Source of the DNA: a virus
Strand: one strand, 5' to 3'
IMG/VR virus record: IMGVR_UViG_3300025840_003418
Span: 32,001-96,000 of that record
Length of the DNA: 64,000 nucleotides
Shown here: positions 1-8,886 of the stretch, one piece after another
Layout of the letters: each line of letters opens with the position of its first letter
Numbering within the stretch: position 1 is the first letter of the stretch
Translations under genes and position numbers: made by a program
The notes under the pieces: generated by a model
Database searches by the model: none
Seen by the model: the letters and a program-made list of their open reading frames with translations, nothing else
What the model was told of the DNA's origin: nothing

Positions 1-580
1 CTAGCACATTGACAAATCCAATTAGGTGTACTGTCATACTAGCAGGTACTACATATGCAAACAAAAATAGCATAGGATCAACTGCTAATAATATTGCACA
101 ATAAGCAAATATTATTTTAAAATAATTATTAAAAATAAATTTATGCGTTTTACTACGAAATAAATCCTTAACATAACGCACAGGTATGTTTGGAACCTTC
201 CAGTCATAACCTAGCCATACTTTAATAGATTCTATTATACTAAACTTACCGTCAACGTACGGCGAATGTGGATCACCTTCTCTATCTGATTTAGAATGGT
301 GTTGACGATGCAATGCAACCCAACTTATAGTAGGACCTACTGTACTAATTACACTAATATATGTAAGAATTTTTTCAAGCCATGCATATGTTTCAAAACT
401 TCTATGTGTAAGCAGTCTATGAAGCGTTATAACGCTGCTTACGGGTCCTATAATAAACCATACAGATAATGCAACCCAGAACAAATTATATTGCTGTGTG
501 TATATTGCATACGCTACAGCAGGCACTGTTGCAATATGATTGAATGCTTGTAATAATCGTATTTTAGTATTTAAATTCAT
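1..580 (-). CDS. Membrane fatty acid desaturase (Delta9/acyl-CoA desaturase-like), 3' end outside window
   Basis: Not in ORF track; translated by hand from ATG at 580: MNLNTKIRLLQAFNH...ITLHRLLTHRSF...WVALHRQHHSKSDREGDPHSP. Has His boxes HxxxxH and HxxHH, a DPHSP motif and hydrophobic segments; ATGA overlap with upstream stop. Confidence 0.9.
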   Translation of the reverse strand, partial: MNLNTKIRLLQAFNHIATVPAVAYAIYTQQYNLFWVALSVWFIIGPVSSVITLHRLLTHRSFETYAWLEKILTYISVISTVGPTISWVALHRQHHSKSDREGDPHSPYVDGKFSIIESIKVWLGYDWKVPNIPVRYVKDLFRSKTHKFIFNNYFKIIFAYCAILLAVDPMLFLFAYVVPASMTVHLIGFVNVL

Positions 581-1197
581 TTACCTTCTTCTAATCCTAA
601 CCAAACTGTATCATCTATTATATTCGGTGACCATTCTAGCATAGCACCGTTTACTTTTTCTTGCCACACAAAATTTTGCCAACATTTTTGTACTGGATAT
701 GGACAAGTTTGTATATATCCTGCACCCTCATTCCATGCACCATTACTTGCTATATCCATATGCTTGCGCCAAACCTTCCAATATCCTTTATTCGGACGAG
801 CCTTTCTATTTTGCATAGTTATTAAATATACTTCGTAATTATTTACCGCTTCAAGCTCGTTAATAAGTTTACAAGTACATCTAAACCCATCAGTCATATC
901 TGTTGCTGTCATCCTAAAGTCAGGGAATGTATAAAGTCTATTTATTTGTTTAGCTACATTACTAGGATATCTACCGTCGTTAAAAACTCCGCCCATTACC
1001 ATAGGTTTACCGGTGCTAGTCTGATATAGTACACCGTAACCTGTGTGTTCTTCTAATTTTAAATTTTCTTTTATATAATTATTTCTAAGCCAGTTGTCTT
1101 CTTGAAGGCAGAGATCGCGCACTTCTTCAAATTCAGGAGTGCTTTCATAATAAATTTTACAGTGTGTGTCTGATAAGTCGTATCGGTATCCCATCAT
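577..1197 (-). CDS. Hypothetical protein (possibly GNAT-like fold)
   Basis: ORF track 577..1248; start moved to MMGY (1197) because a TAAATA box lies 4 nt upstream and the longer start overlaps the divergent gene; fold guess is weak. Confidence 0.6.
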   Translation of the reverse strand: MMGYRYDLSDTHCKIYYESTPEFEEVRDLCLQEDNWLRNNYIKENLKLEEHTGYGVLYQTSTGKPMVMGGVFNDGRYPSNVAKQINRLYTFPDFRMTATDMTDGFRCTCKLINELEAVNNYEVYLITMQNRKARPNKGYWKVWRKHMDIASNGAWNEGAGYIQTCPYPVQKCWQNFVWQEKVNGAMLEWSPNIIDDTVWLGLEEGK

Positions 1198-1201
1198 ATT
1201 A

Positions 1202-1215
1202 TATTTAAATAAATA
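1202..1215. promoter_or_regulatory. Back-to-back T4-late-type promoter boxes (TAAATA on both strands)
   Basis: tattta 1202-1207 (minus TAAATA); taaata 1206-1211 and 1210-1215 (plus), followed by AGGAGG SD before ATG 1236. Confidence 0.65.
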
Positions 1216-1235
1216 TTCAATAGGAGGTACAAATA

Positions 1236-1919
1236 ATGAGTACAGCATTTTTACCTATAGATTTAGACTTCACTTTACCAGACGAGCAAGATATAATTAA
1301 TTTCTGTGATAGCATCGAACCGTTAAGCGAAGAATTAGGTACTCAATGGCATACATATATAATCTACAGTAGATTAGAACAAGACTCGTGGAAAGACATT
1401 AACGTGTGTTGGCACGAAATAAAAAATAAAACAGTCTATACTGGGAAAAAAGGTAAATTCTACAACGGATTTGACACTACATTTCCTGTATTTTCTAAAC
1501 AACTTATGCAATTACCATTTAAAGATATCTCATATATTGTGCTGTTTAGGCAAAGACAAGAAGTCGGTGCTCATACTGATCGTATAGAAGGTGAAACATT
1601 AGACGATACTCTAAGCATACAAAACAATGATCCTAGAAGATTGCATCTAGAACCCAAACGCTATAATGTATTAATGACAAAATTTGATTATAAAAGTTTT
1701 TATGTATGTAAGGACGAAAAAGACACACCTATATACCCTAATATAACAAAAGAAAAACCATGTTTTGCTTTTTCCTTAGACGAACATGCACATGGTGCAA
1801 CTTATGCTGGACCAGATAAAATAATGGCATTTGTTTCTGGTTCTTTAGATGAAGAAAGACATAAAGAAATTATTAAAAGAAGTACAGAAGTAAACAAAGA
1901 TAAAATGATCGTGTTTTAA
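1236..1919 (+). CDS. Cupin/2OG-Fe(II) oxygenase-like protein, paralog family A
   Basis: HTD...HGA metal triad; shares LPIDxxxxLPxExxI, PKRYN and HGA motifs with 2550..3191 and 33203..33874; strong SD. Confidence 0.6.
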   Translation: MSTAFLPIDLDFTLPDEQDIINFCDSIEPLSEELGTQWHTYIIYSRLEQDSWKDINVCWHEIKNKTVYTGKKGKFYNGFDTTFPVFSKQLMQLPFKDISYIVLFRQRQEVGAHTDRIEGETLDDTLSIQNNDPRRLHLEPKRYNVLMTKFDYKSFYVCKDEKDTPIYPNITKEKPCFAFSLDEHAHGATYAGPDKIMAFVSGSLDEERHKEIIKRSTEVNKDKMIVF

Positions 1920-1920
1920 T

Positions 1921-2553
1921 ATGTTAGATAATGCAATAACAAAATTAAATTTTACTGTAAATCTAGATTCATTACGTGAATACTACGATACATTAGTTAA
2001 TGACTACGAGCATCTTAGATGGGCGTGGGATAAAAACGGTAACGAAATTACCGAAGAGTGGTATGACAGAATAATAAGTAACGGTATTGGGTGTACATAT
2101 CCATATGGATGGGCAATACAGAGTAATCTTATAGATAAGTCAATACCGTGTCCTCCTTATAATATAAGCATTCATCCTAGAGGACTATATGAAGACACCG
2201 AATTAATGTTTGGCCTAGTCAAAAAATTAAAAGATATGATGCCTTATACATTTAGATGGAGTATGGTAGTTCAGCCGCCTGAAGGAAAGGTATCTAGACA
2301 CGTAGATGCAGGGGATCAATATACAGCACACATACCTATATACGAAGCACCAAAAGCAGTATTCAAATTTTGGGATGAAAACGAAACACGCAAAGATTTT
2401 ACGTTTAATGCTGACGGTAGTGTGTACTTAGTTGATACTATTATATCACACGAAACAGAGAATTATAGTGATACAAATAGAGTAGGTTTAGTTTTTAGAT
2501 TTTTTAGAAAAGATTTACCAAAATTGCAAAAAATTGTAGGAGAAATAAGTTGA
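1921..2553 (+). CDS. Aspartyl/asparaginyl beta-hydroxylase-like 2OG-Fe(II) oxygenase
   Basis: HVD...HIPI...DGSVYLVDTIISHETENYSDTNR pattern (HxD...H...N...R). Confidence 0.7.
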   Translation: MLDNAITKLNFTVNLDSLREYYDTLVNDYEHLRWAWDKNGNEITEEWYDRIISNGIGCTYPYGWAIQSNLIDKSIPCPPYNISIHPRGLYEDTELMFGLVKKLKDMMPYTFRWSMVVQPPEGKVSRHVDAGDQYTAHIPIYEAPKAVFKFWDENETRKDFTFNADGSVYLVDTIISHETENYSDTNRVGLVFRFFRKDLPKLQKIVGEIS

Positions 2554-3191
2554 TATTATATACTCCAATTGATATTGAATTCGATATGCCTCCTGAACAA
2601 GATATAATAGACTGGTTTCATGAACATAAAATTAAAGACACAGACTATTGGGAGTTTTCTGAGAATCGTCATACTTGGTGTTACGTAGCACTGCGCCAAG
2701 AGCCGAAAAGCTGGTATACATACGATGCTTGGTTAGACTGGAGTAAGGAACGTAAAGCAATAGACAACACATCTTTAGTGTTTCATCCTGGATTTGAAGA
2801 TACGTTTCCAGGACTTGCTAAATGTGTAAGAGAATTACCGTTTGATCAGATAGGTACTAGTGGATTTATTATGCAAATGGGCGAAATACCAGCACACCAA
2901 GATGCAAAAACAGACCACGATGCAAGTGAACCAAGAAGATATATCATATATGTAACTGATCCTAAACATAATACGTTTTACTTAGAACATAATGGTGTTA
3001 AAATATATCCAGACATAGATGAAAAATATAGGTGTTTTGCTTTTAACAATAACGACATTCAACACGGTGCTGATCCTACTGATAGAACTAAAATATTATT
3101 AAGCACTGTTGGTATTATTAACAAACAAAAGCACGAAGAATTAATCAGCCGCAGCATTAAAAAATTTGCTAAAAAGGTTATACAAGTATGA
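2550..3191 (+). CDS. Cupin/2OG-Fe(II) oxygenase-like protein, paralog family A
   Basis: IPAHQD...HGA; N-terminus YTPIDIEFDMPPEQDII similar to 1236..1919. Confidence 0.6.
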   Translation: MILYTPIDIEFDMPPEQDIIDWFHEHKIKDTDYWEFSENRHTWCYVALRQEPKSWYTYDAWLDWSKERKAIDNTSLVFHPGFEDTFPGLAKCVRELPFDQIGTSGFIMQMGEIPAHQDAKTDHDASEPRRYIIYVTDPKHNTFYLEHNGVKIYPDIDEKYRCFAFNNNDIQHGADPTDRTKILLSTVGIINKQKHEELISRSIKKFAKKVIQV

Positions 3192-3880
3192 ACTATCTTA
3201 AAAGGTTAATAGAATTTAAAAAATCAAATATAAAAGAATATCTCGGAGTATACGGAAAAAGAAGGAAATTAGGACAGACAAATTTTAAAAAATATGCAAA
3301 CAATGCAATTTGGTTTTTTGGTTGCAGTCACGTATGGGGCATAGGTGTTGAAGATAAAGAAAACTGTGGTTATATACTCGAAAAACAATTAGGAATAAAA
3401 GTCCTAAATTTAGGTATTAACGGTGCAGGACCTATGACAGTAGCCGACGAAATAGACTCCTTGTTGAATAAAAGGTTAACACCAAAAGGAATAATTATTG
3501 CATGGCCTAGCAGCATAAGGTGGCAACATTATACAGCATTTGGTAGCAGAGTATTATGGTCACCGGCAAGACTGGACAATATATTTTATCATAATAATCA
3601 CTTTGGTTGTAAAATGTTATATCCTAAGGCATATAAAGAATATTTGAGATTATTAGCAGACGAAAGTATAATAAAAGTAAACAAAAGAGTAATAGACAAC
3701 GTGCGAGATAAGATTAAAGATATTCCTAGTATAGAATTTACATTCAATTCTAACGAAGTTCTTGACATTAATCAACTTACACCAATCCTAGATAAAGGAA
3801 AAGATAACTTGCATCCGGGTCCTTTAACGCATAAAAAAGTTGCAGATATATTAACCGAGTTAGTAAAAGAATGGAAATGA
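3188..3880 (+). CDS. SGNH/GDSL hydrolase-like protein (esterase or acyltransferase)
   Basis: FFGCSH (block I), NLGINGAG (block II), DNLHPG (block V DxxH). Confidence 0.7.
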   Translation: MNYLKRLIEFKKSNIKEYLGVYGKRRKLGQTNFKKYANNAIWFFGCSHVWGIGVEDKENCGYILEKQLGIKVLNLGINGAGPMTVADEIDSLLNKRLTPKGIIIAWPSSIRWQHYTAFGSRVLWSPARLDNIFYHNNHFGCKMLYPKAYKEYLRLLADESIIKVNKRVIDNVRDKIKDIPSIEFTFNSNEVLDINQLTPILDKGKDNLHPGPLTHKKVADILTELVKEWK

Positions 3881-4563
3881 ATTATTATTGGAATGATATT
3901 CCCGGCGAAGGCAAGTGTAGAAACAACTTAATTTACACAAGTCTTATATCAGACGATAAAAAAACATTTTGTCAATGGTACTACAACGACGAAGGATATC
4001 ACGGAGGACAAAACGAAGTAGTTGATCCTAATCTTATGCAAGAAAAGATGAATAGAGAATCATTTGGTTTAAGATTTATGAAACTAAAAGGTTATCAACA
4101 TTTAATTCCAGAGTTTACCATAAGTACCAAAGAAAAGAAAATATATTTTGATATTGACGGTATTGATTTTTGGAATAAAGCAAAATGTAATGTAGAGAAC
4201 TATAGCAAAGTTATACCTAACTGGGAACAACAAATGTTAGATATCTTACAGGCGCATAAAAATATTGGAATGTACAAGTATAGTTTACATCCGTCTAGTT
4301 ATTTTATTATAGATGGTAAATTAAAAAGTTTTAACTACTTCTTTCATTATCTGAATACAGAAGGACCAGTTAGCATTGCAAATCATGCAAGTCATATATA
4401 TAGTACACGTCAAAGTATAATGAAAGAACAAGTCGAAGCAATGGGTATAAGTTGGAACGATCCTGAACCACTAGTTGTTCTACAACATTTATGTTTTGAG
4501 AGTTTTAGAACAAATTATACAGATAGTTTTATAAATCAAGCAAAGGAAATTTATAGTGATTAA
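3871..4563 (+). CDS. Hypothetical protein, possible degenerate kinase-like fold
   Basis: 230 aa ORF coupled to neighbours; AH...LHPSSYFIIDGKLKSFNY resembles the catalytic-loop region of protein-kinase-like folds but lacks the catalytic Asp residues. Confidence 0.5.
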   Translation: MEMNYYWNDIPGEGKCRNNLIYTSLISDDKKTFCQWYYNDEGYHGGQNEVVDPNLMQEKMNRESFGLRFMKLKGYQHLIPEFTISTKEKKIYFDIDGIDFWNKAKCNVENYSKVIPNWEQQMLDILQAHKNIGMYKYSLHPSSYFIIDGKLKSFNYFFHYLNTEGPVSIANHASHIYSTRQSIMKEQVEAMGISWNDPEPLVVLQHLCFESFRTNYTDSFINQAKEIYSD

Positions 4564-5371
4564 AGGAATTAACAGTAATACATATATTGATGTAGAACCA
4601 TATATAGATATGTCTACATTTGAAAAATTACAACCTGAAATAATTCGAGGATTTGCTGAAGCAAGATGGTTTGCAAAAGAAGGCACTTGGATGAAGCCGG
4701 GTTTTGAATTTAAAGATATGAGTTATATTCTCAATTGGAAACCTATATATGCTGCAATGGAAGAATTTCAAGCACTACCAGATGATGATCCTATAAAAGT
4801 AGAAGGTATGAAAATATGGCCTACTGACTTTAAGGATTATAAACAACGTAACCTAATAACTCGTTATTTAAAGATGGCAATGGAGGCATATGATCCTTAC
4901 ATATACTATTTTTTATATGAAGAAGGCGACTGGGATGATAGACCGGGTGAGAAAAAGAAAACAGAAGAGTCTGAATACTTTCCTAATGTAATGAAATGGC
5001 TAGAAGACTTTAAAACTAATGAGATATTTGAATCATTTGGTCGTGTTATGTTCTTTCATTGCGAAGCAGATGGATTGCCGTTTGAACATAGAGATTTAGG
5101 CGCCCATAATGGTATATGGCCTAAAGATAGGTACGAGCCACACAATAACGAATTTATACATATACGTCCAGATACAAGGAATCAGTTTTATATATGGGAT
5201 CCTGATAAAAAGATGAAACACGGTATAAACACTCGCGCTGCATTCTGGAATGATCAAGACTGGCACGGTGGTAACAGAGTGATGTCGCCAACTTATGGGT
5301 TGCGCATAGACGGTAAGTTTACAGAATCATTTAGAAAACAATTAGGTATAGATCATTTAGATAATTACTAG
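4556..5371 (+). CDS. Cupin/2OG-Fe(II) oxygenase-like protein
   Basis: GRVMFF...FEHRD...WNDQDWHGG...LRIDG (HxD...H...R). Confidence 0.55.
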   Translation: MIKGINSNTYIDVEPYIDMSTFEKLQPEIIRGFAEARWFAKEGTWMKPGFEFKDMSYILNWKPIYAAMEEFQALPDDDPIKVEGMKIWPTDFKDYKQRNLITRYLKMAMEAYDPYIYYFLYEEGDWDDRPGEKKKTEESEYFPNVMKWLEDFKTNEIFESFGRVMFFHCEADGLPFEHRDLGAHNGIWPKDRYEPHNNEFIHIRPDTRNQFYIWDPDKKMKHGINTRAAFWNDQDWHGGNRVMSPTYGLRIDGKFTESFRKQLGIDHLDNY

Positions 5372-5372
5372 T

Positions 5373-6992
5373 ATGTATGATATAATATTATTTGGAGATA
5401 TGCCTGACCTAGAAACTTATTCTAGGGCTAGTGGTTCGCATAGAATTGCTACAGAATTACGTGAGCATGGTTATTCTGTTCTAGTAATCGACTTTTCAAA
5501 TTATATAAATTACGACAGGTTTTGTGAAATACTCGATCTTGCAATGAATGAAGATACATTAGCTGTAGGATTTAGTAGTACATGGTTTCCGTTTATATTA
5601 CCAGACGGATCATCAAGCCATCGAGAACCAAGTAAGCCATCTATGCGATTTAATCCAAATAGTGAAAATGAATTAGACAGTTTAAGTATGGAGTTTGCAG
5701 GACCAAACGTCGACTTATACTTTAATAAGATAAAAAGTTTATCTCCTAAGTGTAAAATTATATTAGGCGGAGCTAAGGCGTTTATGTATATTAACATTCC
5801 TGGTATAGATAATGTTTTTATCGGACATGCCGAAACGATGATAGTTGATTATATGAAAGATCTTAAAAAAGGCAATGTTGGTTCATATCCTAAAATTATT
5901 GACTATGACAAGAAAGGACAATCGCCTAGTTGGGATTTTAGGAGTAGCAGGATAGATTACGAACCAGAAGCATTTATACTTCCAAGTGAAACATTGCTTT
6001 TAGAAGTAGGACGAGGTTGCAGATTTAATTGTAAATTTTGCAGTTTTCCGCTAATAGGACAAAAACGTGTAAGTGATTATTTAAAATTTGAAGAATGTTT
6101 ATACAATGAACTAATGGATAATTGGAAACGCTTTGGTACTTGGAAGTACACAATAGTAGATGACACGTTTAATGATAGTACTGAAAAATTACAAATGGTG
6201 AAGCGTGTTGTTGATCGTTTACCGTTTAAGCCTGCATTCTGGTGCTACATGAGATTAGACATTATAGTTAATAATAGAGATCATATTCAACTTGCAAAAG
6301 ATATAGGCATAAGAGAAGTCTACTTTGGCATAGAAACACTTAATAGAGAAGCAGGTAAAGTTATTGGTAAGGGGATGGATCCCAAACGCATTACTGATAC
6401 GTTAGAAGAGTGTGCTAGGGTATGGGGTCATGATACTTGGATAATGACTGGGATGATCTGCGGGTTGCCAAAAGATACTGTAGAAGCATTTGAGAATAGT
6501 TGTAAGTATTTTGATAGACCTGATAGACCGGTAGGACACATTAACACAACACCCCTACGTATAATAAAACATACCGAGTTTACAAAACATAGATTTAACG
6601 CTGCATTTGAACTAGAAGCAGAAAAATACGGCTATGAGTTTCCATACGAAGATGTACCGTGGCGCTGGATTAAAAATGACGGAACTGATATTGATACATT
6701 TGAGAAGGCAACTGACCTTGCAGTTAAGTGGCAAAAGCGATTAGACTCTCATATAGATTTTAAACGAAATTTCTTTTATATAAGTTGTATAGACAATGAT
6801 CATTTTGATTTTAATAAACTAATGAGTTTTAAAACTGGACGCGAATATTACGAATACATGTCTGGTGTAGACGAACAACAACTTATGAAGGAACAGATTG
6901 AAGAAAAATATTTCAAGCCGCTAATTAAATTCTTGCACAAAAAATTAGTATCACTTCCTACCAGTAAGCGTGAAGATAAATTTTGTTTCTAG
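5373..6992 (+). CDS. B12-binding-type radical SAM protein
   Basis: EVGRGCRFNCKFC, DDTFND, FGIET, GKG, ICGLP; N-terminal Rossmann-like domain (HRIATELR...VLVID...ILGG). Confidence 0.85.
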   Translation: MYDIILFGDMPDLETYSRASGSHRIATELREHGYSVLVIDFSNYINYDRFCEILDLAMNEDTLAVGFSSTWFPFILPDGSSSHREPSKPSMRFNPNSENELDSLSMEFAGPNVDLYFNKIKSLSPKCKIILGGAKAFMYINIPGIDNVFIGHAETMIVDYMKDLKKGNVGSYPKIIDYDKKGQSPSWDFRSSRIDYEPEAFILPSETLLLEVGRGCRFNCKFCSFPLIGQKRVSDYLKFEECLYNELMDNWKRFGTWKYTIVDDTFNDSTEKLQMVKRVVDRLPFKPAFWCYMRLDIIVNNRDHIQLAKDIGIREVYFGIETLNREAGKVIGKGMDPKRITDTLEECARVWGHDTWIMTGMICGLPKDTVEAFENSCKYFDRPDRPVGHINTTPLRIIKHTEFTKHRFNAAFELEAEKYGYEFPYEDVPWRWIKNDGTDIDTFEKATDLAVKWQKRLDSHIDFKRNFFYISCIDNDHFDFNKLMSFKTGREYYEYMSGVDEQQLMKEQIEEKYFKPLIKFLHKKLVSLPTSKREDKFCF

Positions 6993-7508
6993 TCCTGCAT
7001 TAAATCCAGCATGCCAATTTTTTATATGCGGAAATTCATATAAATTACCCTGTTTTTCCATATAAAAGCACTCATCTTCAATTACAAAGCCTACAGCAGG
7101 TTGCGGTTTTGAGATAAACATTACAAATCTACGCATATCAACACCTTCGTCTTCCATTTCTCTATAATAATTATTAAAGATATCTGTGTGCCAAGGTGCA
7201 CAATATCCAGGATCAACACTACTTATAAAACTTCCTAAATGTTCAACACCTGCTGCTTCTGCAACTTGTAAAGAAATGCTTTTAGGAAACTGTTGATCAG
7301 GATAATAATGTTTAAACCTACATTGTCCGTTACCTAAGTATCCTGCCTTTTCCATTAAATTTACTTGATGTATATACTCCTCATGATAATGTTTACCTTC
7401 TTCGATGGGCTTTGGCCCGTATTGCTCATGTCCACCGGCTTTAACGCAAGTGTCTATAAGCGCATCTAGATCTATTCTATCTGCTAAGTTATCGATAAAA
7501 AGTTTCAT
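6951..7508 (-). CDS. 2OG-Fe(II) oxygenase-like protein, paralog family B (divergent)
   Basis: PGYCAPWHTD...RF...GNLYEF...WHAGFNAG; start set at MKLF (ATGA overlap with upstream gene). Confidence 0.65.
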   Translation of the reverse strand: MKLFIDNLADRIDLDALIDTCVKAGGHEQYGPKPIEEGKHYHEEYIHQVNLMEKAGYLGNGQCRFKHYYPDQQFPKSISLQVAEAAGVEHLGSFISSVDPGYCAPWHTDIFNNYYREMEDEGVDMRRFVMFISKPQPAVGFVIEDECFYMEKQGNLYEFPHIKNWHAGFNAGLETKFIFTLTGRK

Positions 7509-8176
7509 TCTGTCTCCATTCCTAAACAAGTACCTAAGTTATTTTTAATTATAGTAGAAAGTAGTTGCCCGCACTTGAATACGGGTAATCCATTCTCTAA
7601 TCTAAAATCGCTTATTTGATATTGTTTATTTGCTTTATTTAAAACAGGACTTAAATTTTTATCAAATTCGTATCGAACTTCGTCTAAATCTTTTATTAAA
7701 GGAACAATTCTTATTGTTTTAGTTTCAGTTATATTAACTTTATTTAATAATTTTCTTACAACTAACTGGTGCCTGTATCTATTACCAAAATTAGCTGCTG
7801 AGTGTATAACACCTGTATCCATTAAATACCACTTGCCGTCTTTTACACATTTATGCATAGTTTCATTACTAATGTCAATTAAATAACAATCTATTCCGCT
7901 AAGATTTAGATGCCATCTATCATCAATATCACTATGACCAACATAGTTACTCTTACTTTCCATTGTAATAATTCTTGCTTCACCGTGTGGTTCTCTAAGC
8001 GTACTTAATATCCAATCCCACACTGTTCCTTTGTACTTAGGAGATATTTCCCAAGGATCATAGAAAAAATCACCAGTAGGGTTGTTTAATGTATGTTTAC
8101 CTGTATTAAAATCTGTAGTGTCGAGTGCTTGATCGATAAATTTTGTATCAACACTATATTGTGTATCTTTTATCAT
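7505..8176 (-). CDS. Aspartyl/asparaginyl beta-hydroxylase-like oxygenase with C-terminal extension
   Basis: HSDIDDRWHL...DGKWYLMDTGVIHSAANFGNRYR; second Met chosen, 5 nt after TATAAATA. Confidence 0.65.
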   Translation of the reverse strand: MIKDTQYSVDTKFIDQALDTTDFNTGKHTLNNPTGDFFYDPWEISPKYKGTVWDWILSTLREPHGEARIITMESKSNYVGHSDIDDRWHLNLSGIDCYLIDISNETMHKCVKDGKWYLMDTGVIHSAANFGNRYRHQLVVRKLLNKVNITETKTIRIVPLIKDLDEVRYEFDKNLSPVLNKANKQYQISDFRLENGLPVFKCGQLLSTIIKNNLGTCLGMETE

Positions 8177-8181
8177 AAACA

Positions 8182-8210
8182 TATTTATATGTCTCTAATT
8201 TAAGTAAATA
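8182..8210. promoter_or_regulatory. Divergent T4-late-type promoter boxes
   Basis: tatttata 8182-8189 (minus TATAAATA); taaata 8205-8210 (plus), 4 nt before ATG 8215. Confidence 0.7.
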
Positions 8211-8214
8211 AAAT

Positions 8215-8886
8215 ATGGATGTTAGCAAAAACTGGAAACGTATAGGAATAAGTTTAAGTGGCGGTGCCGATAGTGCGTTATTATCATATCTTATATTATC
8301 ACAAACTAATGCAGAAATATACTTTACTACACAAATACGTTGTTGGAAAACTCGACCATGGCAAAGGTATATTGCTATCGAAGTTGTGGAATGGTTCCGA
8401 CAAAGGTTTAAAAATCCTATAGAACATATAGAAAATTTTATTCCTCCAGAAATGGAAGAACCTAATACAACATTTATTACCGACGAATACGGAGCACTTA
8501 AACCTGGAAATAGAATAATATTACGAGCTCATAACGAATGGGTGGCACATACTTATAATTTAGATGCATGGTATGCTGCTGTTAACAAAAATCCAGATAT
8601 AGATATACCCGGCGCACTTCCTGAACGTAACGAAGGAGTTTTACCATTACATATGAAGCATATGGGGGTTGACATTTTACATCCTTTCGTGTATACTAGT
8701 AAAGACTGGATTATAAAACAATACTACGAACATAATATTAAGGACTTACTAAACTTAACTAGAAGTTGCGAAGGTGAGTTTGACGAAATAGATTATTTAA
8801 CATATACACCAGGCCAGTCTGTTCCAATATGTAATGAATGTTTTTGGTGTAAAGAGAGAGAATGGGCTATTGATCAAATCAAATAG
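8215..8886 (+). CDS. PP-loop ATPase, QueC-like adenine nucleotide alpha-hydrolase
   Basis: SLSGGADS PP-loop; C-terminal TRSC...CNECFWCKER Zn-binding Cys pattern. Confidence 0.75.
   Translation: MDVSKNWKRIGISLSGGADSALLSYLILSQTNAEIYFTTQIRCWKTRPWQRYIAIEVVEWFRQRFKNPIEHIENFIPPEMEEPNTTFITDEYGALKPGNRIILRAHNEWVAHTYNLDAWYAAVNKNPDIDIPGALPERNEGVLPLHMKHMGVDILHPFVYTSKDWIIKQYYEHNIKDLLNLTRSCEGEFDEIDYLTYTPGQSVPICNECFWCKEREWAIDQIK
8669..8697 (+). promoter_or_regulatory. Sigma70-type promoter inside the PP-loop gene
   Basis: TTGACA (8669-8674), 17 nt spacer, TATACT (8692-8697), upstream of the radical SAM pair. Confidence 0.5.

Noticed and set aside
8215-8886. queC as part of a 7-deazaguanine DNA-modification system
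   Set aside because: No FolE, QueD, recognisable QueE or DpdA/TGT in the window; only the PP-loop and Cys motifs are shared, so no gene symbol was assigned
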